Part shown: piece after piece, positions 48,008 through 58,187 of the stretch
Numbering within the stretch: position 1 is the stretch's first letter
Layout: every line of letters begins with the position of its first letter
Origin: Rugosimonospora sp.
GTDB taxonomy: Bacteria > Actinomycetota > Actinomycetes > Mycobacteriales > Micromonosporaceae
Assembly: GCA_035278125.1 (NCBI GenBank)
Contig: DATEJJ010000852.1
Coordinates: 757 to 64,756 of the forward strand
Direction: 5' to 3'
Length of the DNA stretch: 64,000 nucleotides
Position numbers and translations under genes: made by a program
The notes under the pieces: generated by a model
The model's input: the letters and a program-made list of their open reading frames with translations, nothing else
Told to the model about the DNA's origin: nothing
Databases searched by the model: none

Positions 48008-49233
48008 GTCGGCTCCTTCGCCGCGTCGTTCGGCCCGGTGATCACCACGGCCGAGTTGAACCCGCCGTATCCGCGGGCGACGACCAACGCCGCGCGCACG
48101 TTCACCGCTCGCGGTTCGTCCCTGACGAGGTCGATCGGGCAGTTCGGGGCGAGCTCTGCGACACCGACGGTGGGCGGCACCACCCCGTCGCGGATCGCCA
48201 GCAGCGCGCACACGACGTCGAGCGGCCCGCCACCGGCGTAGAGGCGTCCGACCATGCTCTTCGGCGCGGTGACCGGCACCGCACCGGCGCCGAAGACCTC
48301 GGCGATGGCCTGCGCCTCGTCCCGGTCGCTGCCGCGCTCCCCAGCCGCGTCGGCGAACACCACGTCGATGTCGGCCGCGCTCAGCCCAGCGTCCCCGAGT
48401 GCCCGCTCGATCGCCCGGCGAAGCGTCGGCGGGCGACCCGAACCGGGGCGCGGGTCGAACGTGGACGCGTAGCCCGCGAGCCTCCCCAGTGGATGTTGCG
48501 CGGACCTGCCGTGCCCGGCGTCCTCCATGAGTAGCATCGCCCCGCCCTCACCGGGCACGTGGCCCTGCGCATCGGCGCCGAACGGCTGGTAGGCGCGGGC
48601 CGGGTCGTCGCAGGAGCTGAGCCGCGCGCCGCCGATCTGGCAGGTCAGCGCGAACGGAGACAGAGGTGCCTCGGTACCGCCGGTGAGCACTGCGCGGGCG
48701 CCCCGGGCCAGCACTCGCCGCGCCTCGCCGATCGCGTCGAGCCCGCCGGCCTGTTCGCCGACGAACACGCCGCACGGTCCCCGCATGCCGTGCCGGATGG
48801 ACAGCTGACCGGTCGTCGCGGCGTAGAACCACGCGATCGACTGGTACACGCCGACGAACTGCGGGCCTTGGGACCACAGTTGTGAGATCTCCCGCTGGCC
48901 GAACTCGTTGCCACCCGACGACGAGGCAGTGACGACCGCCATCTCGTACTCGTCGAGCTGCGCCGGGTCGAAGCCGGCCATCCGTATCGCCTCGTCGGCC
49001 GCGACGAACGCGAACTGCGTCCACCTGTCGGTCTGCACCGCGAGCCTGCCGGGAACCCGTTCCGGGCCGAACGACGCCGCCACCTCGCCAGCGAGCCGGG
49101 TCGAGTAACCCCCCGACTCGAACCGGCTGATCCGGGCGATGGCCCGCCGGCCGCTCAGCGTCGCCTCCCAGAACTTCTCGACGCCGAGTCCGTTGGGCGC
49201 GACGACGCCGACGCCGGTGAAGACCGCCCTCAT
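47995..49233 (-). CDS. Ketosynthase beta / chain-length factor
   Basis: Start at ATG 49233, in an ATGA overlap with KSalpha. The KS fold has Gln in place of the active-site Cys ([12 protein letters not shown]). Confidence 0.9.
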
Positions 49234-50537
49234 CCGCGTGCCGCCTTTCCGGGACCCGCCAGGAGCACCGCGGTCTGAAAGCCGCCGAACCCGCTGCCGA
49301 CGCTGAGCACGACGTCCACGGCGTGCTCCCGGGCCGCGTTGGGGACGTAGTCGAGGTCGCACTCCGGATCACTGGTGTGCAGGTTCGCCGTGGGCGGCAC
49401 GACCTGGTGCTCGATACTCAGCGCGCACGCCGCCAGTTCGATCGCGCCGATCGCGCCGAGCGAGTGACCGACCATCGACTTGATGGAGCTCACCGGGATC
49501 CTGTACGCGGCCTCGCCGAGGCTGCGCTTGAACGCGGCCGTCTCATGCCGGTCGTTCTGGCGGGTGCCCGAGCCGTGCGCGTTGATGTAGTCGATGTCGT
49601 CCGGGCTGACCCGCGCGCGGTCCATGGCCACCCGGATCGCCTCGGCCATCTCCCGACCGTCGGGTTTGAGCCCGGTCATGTGGAACGCGTTGCTGCGATT
49701 GGCGAAGCCGATGAGCTTCGCGTACACGTGCGCGCCGCGCTTGCGGGCGCGTTCCTCCTCCTCCAGGACGAGCACGGCGGCGCCCTCACCGAGGACGAAC
49801 CCGTCGCGATGCAGATCGAATGGTCGCGAGGCGGTGGCCGGCGAGTCGTTGGCGACCGAGGTGGCCTTGATCGCGTCGAAGCAGGCGATGGTGATCGGCG
49901 AGATCGGGGCGTCTGTCGCGCCCGCCACGACGACGTCGGCCGAGCCCTCGGTGATGAGCGCGGCGGCGTGCCCAATGCTGTCCAGCCCGGAGGTGCAGCC
50001 GGTGGAGACCGTGGTCACCGGCCCCTGCGCCCCGCACAGCCACGCCACCTCGGCGGCGAAGCTGCTGGGCACGAGATGGTGGTACAGGCCCGGTGTGCCG
50101 TAGCCGCTGTCGACGATCCACTGCCGGCCGCTGTCGCTGACCACCTGGTACTCCCGCTCCAGGCTCACCGTCGCCCCGACCGCGGAGCCGATCACCACGC
50201 CGCAGCGCTCCGGGGGCAGGTCGTGCGTCAGCTCGATCGCGTCGCCCTGGTCGCCGGTGAGCGTCGCACCACTGTCGGCCAGCGCCTCCCGGGCGGCCAC
50301 CACGGCGAACTGCGCGGCCCGGTCCATACGGCGCACCTGCCGCGGGCTCAGCCCGGCAGCGATCGGGTCGAAGTCGCACTCGGCGGCCAGCTGCGAGCGA
50401 AACGGTGCCGGGTCGCAGTGGGTCAACCGGCGGGTCGCCGTACGGCCCGAGCTGAGCAGGTCCCAGAACTCCTTGGTGCCGATCGCACCCGGCGCGACCA
50501 CGCCGATACCGGTCACGACGGCACGCCGTCCGCTCAT
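49230..50537 (-). CDS. Ketosynthase alpha (type II PKS)
   Basis: Active-site [20 protein letters not shown] and GHSLGA His motifs. Confidence 0.95.
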   Translation of the reverse strand: MSGRRAVVTGIGVVAPGAIGTKEFWDLLSSGRTATRRLTHCDPAPFRSQLAAECDFDPIAAGLSPRQVRRMDRAAQFAVVAAREALADSGATLTGDQGDAIELTHDLPPERCGVVIGSAVGATVSLEREYQVVSDSGRQWIVDSGYGTPGLYHHLVPSSFAAEVAWLCGAQGPVTTVSTGCTSGLDSIGHAAALITEGSADVVVAGATDAPISPITIACFDAIKATSVANDSPATASRPFDLHRDGFVLGEGAAVLVLEEEERARKRGAHVYAKLIGFANRSNAFHMTGLKPDGREMAEAIRVAMDRARVSPDDIDYINAHGSGTRQNDRHETAAFKRSLGEAAYRIPVSSIKSMVGHSLGAIGAIELAACALSIEHQVVPPTANLHTSDPECDLDYVPNAAREHAVDVVLSVGSGFGGFQTAVLLAGPGKAARG

Positions 50538-50962
50538 CGGGCGCCGCCCACAGGCGAGTCAGGTCCGGCGGGGATGGGCACCGGCTCGGTGTCGACGTGG
50601 CCGAGATCCGGGCGGGGTGCCAGCGGCGCCAGGAAGAACACCGCCGACATCTCGTCCGGCCCGTGGTTCTCCACCCGGTGCCGGACACCGATCGGCATCA
50701 GCAGGCCCTCCTCGGCTGCCAGCTCGACGGGCTCGCCGTCCACCTGGACGACGGCCGATCCCCGCACGACGTAGAGGTACTCCTCCGAATACGGGTGATA
50801 GTGCTCCGACACGGACTCCCCCGGCGCGAGCACGAGCGAGCCCAGGAAACCCGACGTGGCACCGACGGTCGCCGGGCCGAGCACGACTCGGATGTCGCCG
50901 CCGCGCCGACGGTTGGACTTCACCTCTGCTCGCGCCATCCGACGTGGTAATGCTTGGCTCAC
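50534..50962 (-). CDS. TcmJ/WhiE-II-like cupin (auxiliary cyclase)
   Basis: Contains [14 protein letters not shown]...[24 protein letters not shown] 50962 has GAGGGGGG upstream (ATG 50938 is the alternative). ATGA overlap with KSalpha. Confidence 0.8.
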   Translation of the reverse strand: MSQALPRRMARAEVKSNRRRGGDIRVVLGPATVGATSGFLGSLVLAPGESVSEHYHPYSEEYLYVVRGSAVVQVDGEPVELAAEEGLLMPIGVRHRVENHGPDEMSAVFFLAPLAPRPDLGHVDTEPVPIPAGPDSPVGGAR

Positions 50963-50996
50963 CGCGCGCCCCCCTCACTCCGTCGCTGCCGACGCC

Positions 50997-51039
50997 ATCG
51001 TCGGATCGGCGGCTCGCGCAGCGCTCAAGCCGTCCTGGA
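50997..51039 (-). promoter_or_regulatory. SARP-type promoter candidate for the minimal-PKS operon: TCCAGGA-N4-TTGAGCG-N4-GCGAGCC-N8-GACGAT (minus strand)
   Basis: Read directly from the minus strand in the 95-bp gap upstream of the cupin gene. 11-bp phasing, with the canonical 8-bp gap to a -10-like hexamer. Confidence 0.5.
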
Positions 51040-51057
51040 AGCGGCGCCTGCCGGGTG

Positions 51058-51750
51058 TCACCACGGCACCAGGCGCCGGCGCAGCCGGTCGAGGTCGGCA
51101 TCGGCGACACCGGCCGAGCGTAGATACGCCACCGCGCCGCCATAGGCCGTGTCGAGGTGGTCAAGCAGCTGCGGTGCGACATTCGCAGCGAGTCCGATCT
51201 GGTCGGCGGCGAAGTGCTCGGCCGACATGCTGGCGAGGAAGTCCTCGGCGATGGCCTCGGCGGTGACGCCGACGGCGGCGAGCAGCACCGCCGCGAGCGT
51301 GCCGGTCCGCCCCGCCCCCGAGTGGCAGTGGAACACGATCGGTCCGCTCTCCTCCGCAATGGCGCGCACGATCGGCCGCACCCGGTCGGCGGCGGCCGCA
51401 GCGCCCAGCAGCGCGCAGTACCCGCCTTCGAGGGGAATCGGGAACGGAAAACCAGGCGGCACCAACGGCAGTGCCACGACTCGCGGGCCGGTGCCGGCGG
51501 CCCGGAACGGATGCGGTTGCGCCTCCTGCAGCGGCCCCTCCCGTAAATCGACCACGAGGGACACACCGGCCGCGCGGACCGCGGCCCGACCGGCGGCGGT
51601 GAGCCGGAACAGCGAGTCGGACCGGTACAACCGGCCCCATCGGGTCTGGCCCGCACCCACCGGCAGGCCACCGAGATCACGGACGTTCTGGCAGCCGGGC
51701 CAGTCGACACTGCGCTGGACCGGCGACGCACCTGTACGCATGGCGTCCAT
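51058..51750 (-). CDS. Tyrosine/dual-specificity phosphatase-fold protein (Y_phosphatase3-like)
   Basis: CX5R P-loop HCHSGAGRTG. N-terminal NVRDLGG...LYRSD. Confidence 0.8.
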   Translation of the reverse strand: MDAMRTGASPVQRSVDWPGCQNVRDLGGLPVGAGQTRWGRLYRSDSLFRLTAAGRAAVRAAGVSLVVDLREGPLQEAQPHPFRAAGTGPRVVALPLVPPGFPFPIPLEGGYCALLGAAAAADRVRPIVRAIAEESGPIVFHCHSGAGRTGTLAAVLLAAVGVTAEAIAEDFLASMSAEHFAADQIGLAANVAPQLLDHLDTAYGGAVAYLRSAGVADADLDRLRRRLVPW

Positions 51751-51833
51751 GGAATTCGACGACCGGCCGGTTTGGACAGCCGAGCGGATCGAACCTCGAC
51801 CGGGCCACGAGCCGGCCGTGGCACGGTCCGCTC

Positions 51834-53321
51834 ATGCCTGAAGCGGTGCGTGGCGGCTCATCGTTCCGAATCCTGTTCGTCGTCGACATCTGGGAACGGT
51901 TCAGCTTCTACGGCATGCAGGCGATCCTGTACCTGTACCTGGTCGCCGACCGCGGCGACGGCGGCGTCGGCCTGTCGGCGTCCGCGGGTGCCGCGATCTT
52001 CGGTGCCTACCTGGCACTGGTGTTCGCCGCGGCACTGCCCGGGGGCTGGCTGTGCGACCGGGTCCTCGGTGCCGCACCGTCGACGATGTACGGCGGCGTG
52101 CTCGTCATGCTCGGGCACCTGCTGCTCGCCGTGCCGGCCACCGTCTGCCTGCCACTCGGACTCGTCGCCATCGTCGCCGGCACCGGGCTCATCAAACCGG
52201 CCATGCTGTCGATGATCGGCGGTCTGCACCCGGAGGGCCGGGGCCGGCGCGAGGCGGCATTCTCGTTCTTCTACATGAGCATCCAGGTCAGCGCGATCCT
52301 CGCCCCGCTGCTGGTCGGCTTCCTCGGTGAGCGTGTGAACTGGCACCTCGGCTTCGCCTGCGCTGGTGTGGGCATGGGCCTCGGCGTGGTGACGTTCGCT
52401 GCGGGTCGGCGGCACTTCGCCGAAGCGGACACCCGTCCCCGCCATCCGGTCGCGCCAGAGGCCGCCCGGCCCGTCGTGCGACGGGCCGGCACCGTCGTCC
52501 TCGTCGCGGTCGCGGCGGTCGTCGCCGTGGTCAGCGCGGCCGGCCCGCGCGCGGCGCTGGCGCTGGTCGCGCTCGGCCTGATCCTCGCGCCGTTCCTGGC
52601 GTACCACTCGCTGATGCGCGCCCCCGAGATGACCGACGGCCATCGCCACCAACTGCGGGCGTTGCGCTGGCTGCTGTTGTCCGCCGCGTTGTTCTGGGGC
52701 CTGTACGCGCAGAGCGGCTCGGTGCTGAGCCAGTTCACGCACGACCACGTCCGGCGCGGCATGGGCGGCTTCACCGTTCCGGTGAGCTGGTTCCTCGCCG
52801 CGCATCCGTTCTTCCTGCTGGTGCTGGCACCGGCGTTCGGCTGGCTGTGGCTGCACCGGGGCCGGCTGGTCCCGCCGGTCCCGAAGGTCGCGGCCGGTCT
52901 CCTGCTCATGGGCGTCAGCTTCCTGGTGATGCTGTTCGCCGCGCTGCAGGCCCGATCCGGTCCGGTCGGGCCGGTCTGGCTCGTCGGCGTCTACCTGTTG
53001 CAGGTCTGCGGTGAACTCAGCCTGGCCCCGATCCTGCTGAGTCTCTGCGCCGAGGTCGGGCCGCCCGGCCACGGCGGCCGGCTGATCGGGCTGTTCTGGC
53101 TCTTTTCAGCACTCGGCGCCGGTGTGTTCGGTCAAGTGGCACAGGGGGCCTCGGTCGCCGGCGCCGGATATTACCTCGGGATCGCCGTGGTGACCTGTGC
53201 GGCCGCCGTCGGCCTGGCGGTCGCGGCACGAGCACTCGACCACCGGCTGCCGGCCGATGTCCAACGGCCGTCCGCGATCCCGGTGTCCCAGTCGTTCCCG
53301 ATCGACCAGGAGGTAGCGTGA
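51834..53321 (+). CDS. POT/PTR2-family proton-dependent transporter (MFS)
   Basis: Contains WERFSFYGMQAILYLYL (ExxERFxYY-type motif) and GGWLCDRVLG. About 12 or more hydrophobic helices. Confidence 0.85.
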   Translation: MPEAVRGGSSFRILFVVDIWERFSFYGMQAILYLYLVADRGDGGVGLSASAGAAIFGAYLALVFAAALPGGWLCDRVLGAAPSTMYGGVLVMLGHLLLAVPATVCLPLGLVAIVAGTGLIKPAMLSMIGGLHPEGRGRREAAFSFFYMSIQVSAILAPLLVGFLGERVNWHLGFACAGVGMGLGVVTFAAGRRHFAEADTRPRHPVAPEAARPVVRRAGTVVLVAVAAVVAVVSAAGPRAALALVALGLILAPFLAYHSLMRAPEMTDGHRHQLRALRWLLLSAALFWGLYAQSGSVLSQFTHDHVRRGMGGFTVPVSWFLAAHPFFLLVLAPAFGWLWLHRGRLVPPVPKVAAGLLLMGVSFLVMLFAALQARSGPVGPVWLVGVYLLQVCGELSLAPILLSLCAEVGPPGHGGRLIGLFWLFSALGAGVFGQVAQGASVAGAGYYLGIAVVTCAAAVGLAVAARALDHRLPADVQRPSAIPVSQSFPIDQEVA

Positions 53322-54055
53322 TCACAGAACTGATGGCCAGCTACGGCAAGAAGATCCTCGCCCAACGGCCGCCCGACGGACGCAGGTACTGGGCCGCGCG
53401 GTTCTGGGACCGCGACACGGCCGAGCAGCATCAGATCCTCGGCGACACGTTCCGGGATCAGAAGGCCGCCATCGAAACGTTCTTCGACCGGTACGCGGCA
53501 GATGTCGAAACCGTCGGCGAATTCGCGTGCGGCACGGGCGAGTTCACCAGGATGGCCACCGACCGGATCGACGCGCGCAGCATCCTCGCCCTCGACATCT
53601 CCCCGGACGGGCTGCGGATCGCCCGGGGGCGGGTGCCCGAGGCGCACGTGACATTCCTGCAAGCCGACTTCTGGAAGACCGACGACATCGGCCTATTCGA
53701 CCTCGTCGTGTGCGTCGACGCGATCCATCACCTCGGCGACCTGCGGCAGGTGCTGACCCGCCTGCACAGCTTCGTCAAACCCGGCGGCCTGTTCATCGGC
53801 AACGTCTGGACCGCCGACAACTACCACGACTTCCAGCGCAAGCGGTACGGCAGTATGCGGCATCTGGTGCGCACGGCCGGGTTCCTGTCGACCGCGGTAC
53901 TCGTCCGAGTGTCCGGCGGGCGACTGCGCACCGGGTCGTACCGCACCCAGCTGTCCACGAGCGCCGAAACGATCGCCGCGCTGAACGACATCTTCGCAGA
54001 CGTGAAGGACATCGCCGTGCAGCCGTACTTCACCGGATTCGTCTGCCAGGCATGA
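53318..54055 (+). CDS. Class I SAM-dependent methyltransferase
   Basis: Motif I VGEFACGTGEF, plus LDISPDGL. GTG start in a GTGA overlap with the transporter stop. Confidence 0.8.
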   Translation: MITELMASYGKKILAQRPPDGRRYWAARFWDRDTAEQHQILGDTFRDQKAAIETFFDRYAADVETVGEFACGTGEFTRMATDRIDARSILALDISPDGLRIARGRVPEAHVTFLQADFWKTDDIGLFDLVVCVDAIHHLGDLRQVLTRLHSFVKPGGLFIGNVWTADNYHDFQRKRYGSMRHLVRTAGFLSTAVLVRVSGGRLRTGSYRTQLSTSAETIAALNDIFADVKDIAVQPYFTGFVCQA

Positions 54056-54061
54056 GGAGCT

Positions 54062-54098
54062 GGACCTCCGCTCGCCCATCCCGGCGGGCGGAGGGTCC
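54062..54098. terminator. Hairpin GGACCTCCGC...GCGGAGGGTCC between convergent genes
   Basis: 10-bp stem with a one-base bulge, read directly from the sequence. Confidence 0.3.
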
Positions 54099-54105
54099 GC
54101 CTGGT

Positions 54106-55233
54106 CTACCGGCCCGCGATGCGCTCGATGTCGACGACCACGGCCGCGGGTGCCGGCGCGGCCCGCACCTCCGCACGGACCCGGGCGGCCGCTTCGCGGT
54201 ACGCGACGTCGTCCAATAGCTGCCAGACTTCGCGGCCGATCGTCGCGGGTCCGAACTCGTCGAGCGCTATCCGGCGGCCAACGCCCGCGTGCACGATGCG
54301 TTCGGCGTTGAGTGGATGGTCGCCGCGTGCCGGCACCGTCAGTTGCGGCACCCCGCAGCTGACCGCAGTGAGGTTCGTGCCGGCGCCCCCGTGGTGCACG
54401 ACCACGCCGCAATGTGGCAGGAGCAGGTGCAGCGGCACGTCGGCCACGACCCGCACGCCCGGCGGCAACGCGCCGACGTGGTCACGCTGGGCGGCCGTGA
54501 CGGCGACCACCACCTCGACGCTGAGGCCGGCCAGTCCCTCACTGACCACCTCCACCGGGTTGACCTTGTCCGTACCGAACGTCGTGCCCCAGGTGACGCA
54601 GGCCCGTCTCGTCCGCGACAGGTCGTGGACGGCATCCCGCAGCGCCCAGCCCGGCGCGTGCTCCAGCCCGTTGTAGGGAACGTAGCGCTGCCGCAACACC
54701 GGCAGACCGGTGTCGAGCTGCAGGCTCGGCGGGCACGGGTCGACGGTCAGCGCACCGAACGGGTCGACGTCGGCGGCGCCGTGCCGCTGGAAGAACGCGT
54801 CGAGCTGCGGCCGTTCCCGGTCGCGTTGGTCGTGTGCGAAGTCGATGCCCCACAGATGGCGTACGGCCGGCACGCCGATCTCTGCGGCGGCGAGCACACC
54901 GGCGTAGGCGCGCGGCCCGTAGACGATGACGTGGGGACGCCAGCGGCCGGCGAGTGTACGCAGTTCGCCCGCCATCGCCTCGGCGGCGGTGAGGAACATG
55001 CCCAGCGACCGGCTGCCCCGCCCGGCGCCCGGTGCGGCGCCGGTGTAGGCGCTGCGCAGATCCGGCTCGTCGCCGACCGGCACGGCGACAAGACCGGCCG
55101 CCGCGACGGTGCCGGCGAACGACGGGGCGGCCGCCACCCGCACCTCGTGCCCGGCGGCCGCCAGCGCCCAGCCGAGCGGCACCATCGAGTAGAAGTGCGA
55201 CCCGCCGTTGAACGTGACAAAAAGGACCCGCAT
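54106..55233 (-). CDS. GT1-family glycosyltransferase D
   Basis: ORF 54106..56982(-) is a read-through artefact. The real start is ATG 55233 (MRVLFVTFNGGSHFYSMVPLGWALAAAGHEVRV). C-terminal HHGGAGTNLTAVSCGVPQL. Confidence 0.9.
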   Translation of the reverse strand: MRVLFVTFNGGSHFYSMVPLGWALAAAGHEVRVAAAPSFAGTVAAAGLVAVPVGDEPDLRSAYTGAAPGAGRGSRSLGMFLTAAEAMAGELRTLAGRWRPHVIVYGPRAYAGVLAAAEIGVPAVRHLWGIDFAHDQRDRERPQLDAFFQRHGAADVDPFGALTVDPCPPSLQLDTGLPVLRQRYVPYNGLEHAPGWALRDAVHDLSRTRRACVTWGTTFGTDKVNPVEVVSEGLAGLSVEVVVAVTAAQRDHVGALPPGVRVVADVPLHLLLPHCGVVVHHGGAGTNLTAVSCGVPQLTVPARGDHPLNAERIVHAGVGRRIALDEFGPATIGREVWQLLDDVAYREAAARVRAEVRAAPAPAAVVVDIERIAGR

Positions 55234-55238
55234 GCCGG

Positions 55239-56264
55239 TCACTTCCGCCGGTAGCCGATCACCAACGTGTCGTTGGCACCGAGGGGGCGGGCGGTCACGT
55301 CGGTGAATCCGGCGAGGCGGTACCAGTCGCGGCAGTCCGCGACCGGGTACTCGGCGCCGCGCGCCGTCACCAGCAGCATGTTGAGGCTCACCAGCATACG
55401 GGCGAGGTCCGGGACGTCCGGGTCGAGCATCGCGTCGTAGACCAGCACGGCGCCGCCGACCGGCACCGACTCGTACGCGTTGGCGAGCAGCGCCGCGTTC
55501 TGCGCCGCGGACCAGTCGTGCAGGACGTGGCCGAAGATCAGGACATCGGCGGAGGGCAGCGGATCGGCGAAGAAGTCGCCGCCGGTGAACAACACCGACG
55601 CGGCCGTGCCGTGCCGGTCCATGTGCTCGGCGAACGGCTCCGCCATCTCCGGCAGGTCGAATACCGTCGCCGAGAGGTGCGGCCGCGCCGTGACGAGCCG
55701 CGCGGCCAGGTTGCCGCGGGCACCGCCGATGTCGGCGAAGCTGCGGTACTGCGACCAGTCGAACGCGTCGGCGAGTAGTCCGGCCACCGGGCCGTTCATC
55801 GCGTCCATCATGCCGAGGAACTGGCGCAGCCGGGCCGGGTCGGCGATCATGTGCCCGAAGCTGCCGTCGCCGGCGTCGGCCACCTGCGGCTCGCCGGTGC
55901 GCAGCGCGTCGCCCAACCGGCCCCACACCGGATAGAGCATGGCGTCGGCCCGATGCAGGAATCCGCCCAGGTACTCCCCGCCGGCTCGCGCCAGGAAGCG
56001 GTCGGCGATCTCGGTGTTCGCATACTGCTCGCCGGATCTGAGCAGCAGCCCGAGCGCCACCAACGAACCGAGGAAGTCGCGGAGCCCGCGGCCGTTGAGC
56101 CCGAGCCGCGCCACGATCTCGCTTTCGGTCGCCGGACCAGCGGCGAGCGTTTCGAACAGGCCGAGTTCGGCGCCGGTCAAGAGGATCTTGGCGGTGCAGA
56201 ACCCGTTGGCGAGTCGCTTCACGCTCGCCGCGTCCACGGGCACCCGCACTTCGGTGGATGTCAT
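55239..56264 (-). CDS. SAM-dependent O-methyltransferase (family 2), second copy
   Basis: Dimerisation domain (ILLTGAELGLFETLA), SAM motif FADIGGARGNLA, and VLHDW. Confidence 0.9.
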   Translation of the reverse strand: MTSTEVRVPVDAASVKRLANGFCTAKILLTGAELGLFETLAAGPATESEIVARLGLNGRGLRDFLGSLVALGLLLRSGEQYANTEIADRFLARAGGEYLGGFLHRADAMLYPVWGRLGDALRTGEPQVADAGDGSFGHMIADPARLRQFLGMMDAMNGPVAGLLADAFDWSQYRSFADIGGARGNLAARLVTARPHLSATVFDLPEMAEPFAEHMDRHGTAASVLFTGGDFFADPLPSADVLIFGHVLHDWSAAQNAALLANAYESVPVGGAVLVYDAMLDPDVPDLARMLVSLNMLLVTARGAEYPVADCRDWYRLAGFTDVTARPLGANDTLVIGYRRK

Positions 56265-56300
56265 CCGTTGCCTTCCTGATTCGGCCGCACCACGCCCGCT

Positions 56301-56759
56301 TCAGCGCAACGACACCGCGGTCGTCGCGGCGGTGCAGAGGGCGAGCACGGCAAACGACGTGCGGATCAGATGGAGGCGACCCCACGCGGCACGCGGATCG
56401 TGCCAGCCGGCCGGGACCGGCCCGGCGGCCAGCGCCTTGACCCGGCGGTTGATCGGGACGTTGCCGAGCTGCGACACCGCCGACACGCCGCCGAGGAACA
56501 CCGCCGCGGCGGCGAACAGCACCCGGCTCGCCGAGGCCGGTGCCAGGACGGCACCGGTCACGGCGGTGACGATCGTGGTGAGTACCAGCGGTGGCATGAG
56601 CCGGTCGAAGTAGCGCCCGACAAGCTTGTGCGTCTCGACGTAGCGCTCCGGCGCAAGGGCCGCGAACGCCGGCACGATGCTGAGCGCCACTGCCATCATC
56701 ACTCCCGCCGTGATGCCTGCACCGACCAGCACCGCGATCGCGAGCGTCCAAGCCACCAT
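56301..56759 (-). CDS. DUF1772-family membrane protein (anthrone-oxygenase-like), copy 2
   Basis: 152 aa with four hydrophobic segments. Shares motifs with the copy at 46825..47295. Confidence 0.65.
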   Translation of the reverse strand: MVAWTLAIAVLVGAGITAGVMMAVALSIVPAFAALAPERYVETHKLVGRYFDRLMPPLVLTTIVTAVTGAVLAPASASRVLFAAAAVFLGGVSAVSQLGNVPINRRVKALAAGPVPAGWHDPRAAWGRLHLIRTSFAVLALCTAATTAVSLR

Positions 56760-56843
56760 GCCGCCTCACCTCCGGCAGCAGCGTCCGGCACCGGCGTCGA
56801 GGCCGGCTGGAGGCGTGGTGGACTGCGGCCGGCGGCCCACGCG

Positions 56844-56940
56844 TCGAGCGAGCCTTCAGCACCCGTCGAGCCGCTACCAGAAAGCTTTGTCCAGCCGCTA
56901 CCCGAAAGCGATTCAAGCCGGTACCGGAAAGATGCCTGTC
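56844..56940 (+). repeat. Heptamer array TCGAGCG/TTCAGCA/TCGAGCC followed by a triplicated 23/24-bp module (TCNAGCC-N8-AAAGNN)
   Basis: Read directly from the sequence. The 17-mer cores are AGCCGCTACCAGAAAGC (56869), AGCCGCTACCCGAAAGC (56893) and AGCCGGTACCGGAAAGA (56916). The array lies in the 363-bp divergent intergenic region. Confidence 0.7.
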
Positions 56941-57122
56941 GGATCCGCTCGAACGTTGGAGGACGCTCATGCGCGTCGGCACGCTCCTGCGCCACCTCGG
57001 TCGTGGCGCCGAACTTCTTGGCTGGCTCAGCGGCTACGCCTTCGTGCCGGGAGGTGTGGAGGTGCCGGTGCGCGTTCCGGACGAACCGACGACCGTCGAT
57101 CGCTTCGCCTCGAGGAGGCTCC

Positions 57123-58187
57123 ATGCACATCCTGTTGACGGGCGGAGCCGGGTTCATCGGCGCCCGCGTGGTCGAAGCGCTGCTCGCTGACGGACACCGG
57201 GTCCGGGTTCTCGACGCGTTACTCGGCAGCGCGCACAGTGAGCCGCCGGCGATACCAGACGGGGTCGAGTTCATCCACGGCGATCTCCGCGACGAGGACA
57301 CGGTCGACGCAGCGCTGCGGGGCGTGGATCTGGTGAACCACCATGCCGCCATGGTCGGACGGGGCAAGGAGATCCGCGAAGCGCCCAACTACGCCGGCAA
57401 CTCCGACCTCGCGACCGCCGTCCTGATCGCCGGCATGCTGCGTCGCGACGTCGGCCGGCTGGTGCTGGCCGGCTCCGTCGTCGTCTACGGCGACTGCCGC
57501 TACCACTGCGCCGAGCACGGCCGGGTCCGTCCCCGCCGCCGCGAGTCGAGCGACCTCGATGCGGGCCGGTTCGAGCCGCGGTGCCCGCGGTGCGGCGCCG
57601 ACGTGACCGCGAGCGCGGCGACCGAGGACGACCTGCCCGACCCGCCACGCAACATGTACGCGGTGACGAAGCTGGCCCAGGAGCTTCTTGTCGCGGCGTG
57701 GGCGGTGCAGACCGGTGGCCGGGCGATCGCCTTGCGCTACCACAACGTCTACGGCCCCGGCATGCCGTTCGCGAGTCCGTACTCCGGCGTCGCGTCGACG
57801 TTCCGGTCGGCCGTGGCGGCCGGTGAACCGCCCCGCGTATACGAGGACGGTGGCCCGCTGCGCGACTTCGTCCACCTGACCGACGTGGCCGCCGCGAACG
57901 TCACCGCGCTGAGCCTGCCGGTCGACGGGTTCCGGGCGTACAACGTCGCCTCCGACACACCGCACACCATCCTGGACCTCGCCGCCGCGCTCGCCGAAGC
58001 GGTGGGCGGGCCGCCGCCCATCGTCACCGGCGAGTACCGCGTCGGCGACGTCCGGCATATCTTCGCTACTGCCGCGCGGCTGCGCGCGGAGAGCGGCTGG
58101 CGGCCCACCGTCGGCTTCACCGAGGGCGTCGCCGAGTTCGCCACCGCACCGATGCGCGGACTCGCCGGGGCGGTGGTGCCGCGATGA
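57123..58187 (+). CDS. NAD-dependent epimerase/dehydratase with a Cys4 (Zn-ribbon-like) insertion
   Basis: ORF 56370..58187. Start at ATG 57123 after GAGGAGG. Motifs: LLTGGAGFIGARV, YAVTKLAQE (YxxxK). Insert: CRYHCAEHG...RCPRCGADV. Confidence 0.85.
   Translation: MHILLTGGAGFIGARVVEALLADGHRVRVLDALLGSAHSEPPAIPDGVEFIHGDLRDEDTVDAALRGVDLVNHHAAMVGRGKEIREAPNYAGNSDLATAVLIAGMLRRDVGRLVLAGSVVVYGDCRYHCAEHGRVRPRRRESSDLDAGRFEPRCPRCGADVTASAATEDDLPDPPRNMYAVTKLAQELLVAAWAVQTGGRAIALRYHNVYGPGMPFASPYSGVASTFRSAVAAGEPPRVYEDGGPLRDFVHLTDVAAANVTALSLPVDGFRAYNVASDTPHTILDLAAALAEAVGGPPPIVTGEYRVGDVRHIFATAARLRAESGWRPTVGFTEGVAEFATAPMRGLAGAVVPR

Noticed and set aside
51793-51810. Possible SARP box TCGTGGC-N4-TCGAGGT (minus strand) upstream of the phosphatase gene
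   Set aside because: The heptamers are more degenerate, and no TANNNT-like hexamer follows at the 8-bp position. It is too weak to call.
56869-56940. Possible CRISPR array
   Set aside because: There are only three imperfect 23/24-nt units with no unique spacers between them and no cas genes. It was interpreted as promoter/operator repeats instead.
55234-56982. N-terminal ~580 aa of the 958-aa ORF 54106..56982(-)
   Set aside because: It reads out of frame through the OMT and DUF1772 genes and is R/G-rich. The GT1 N-terminal consensus begins at ATG 55233.
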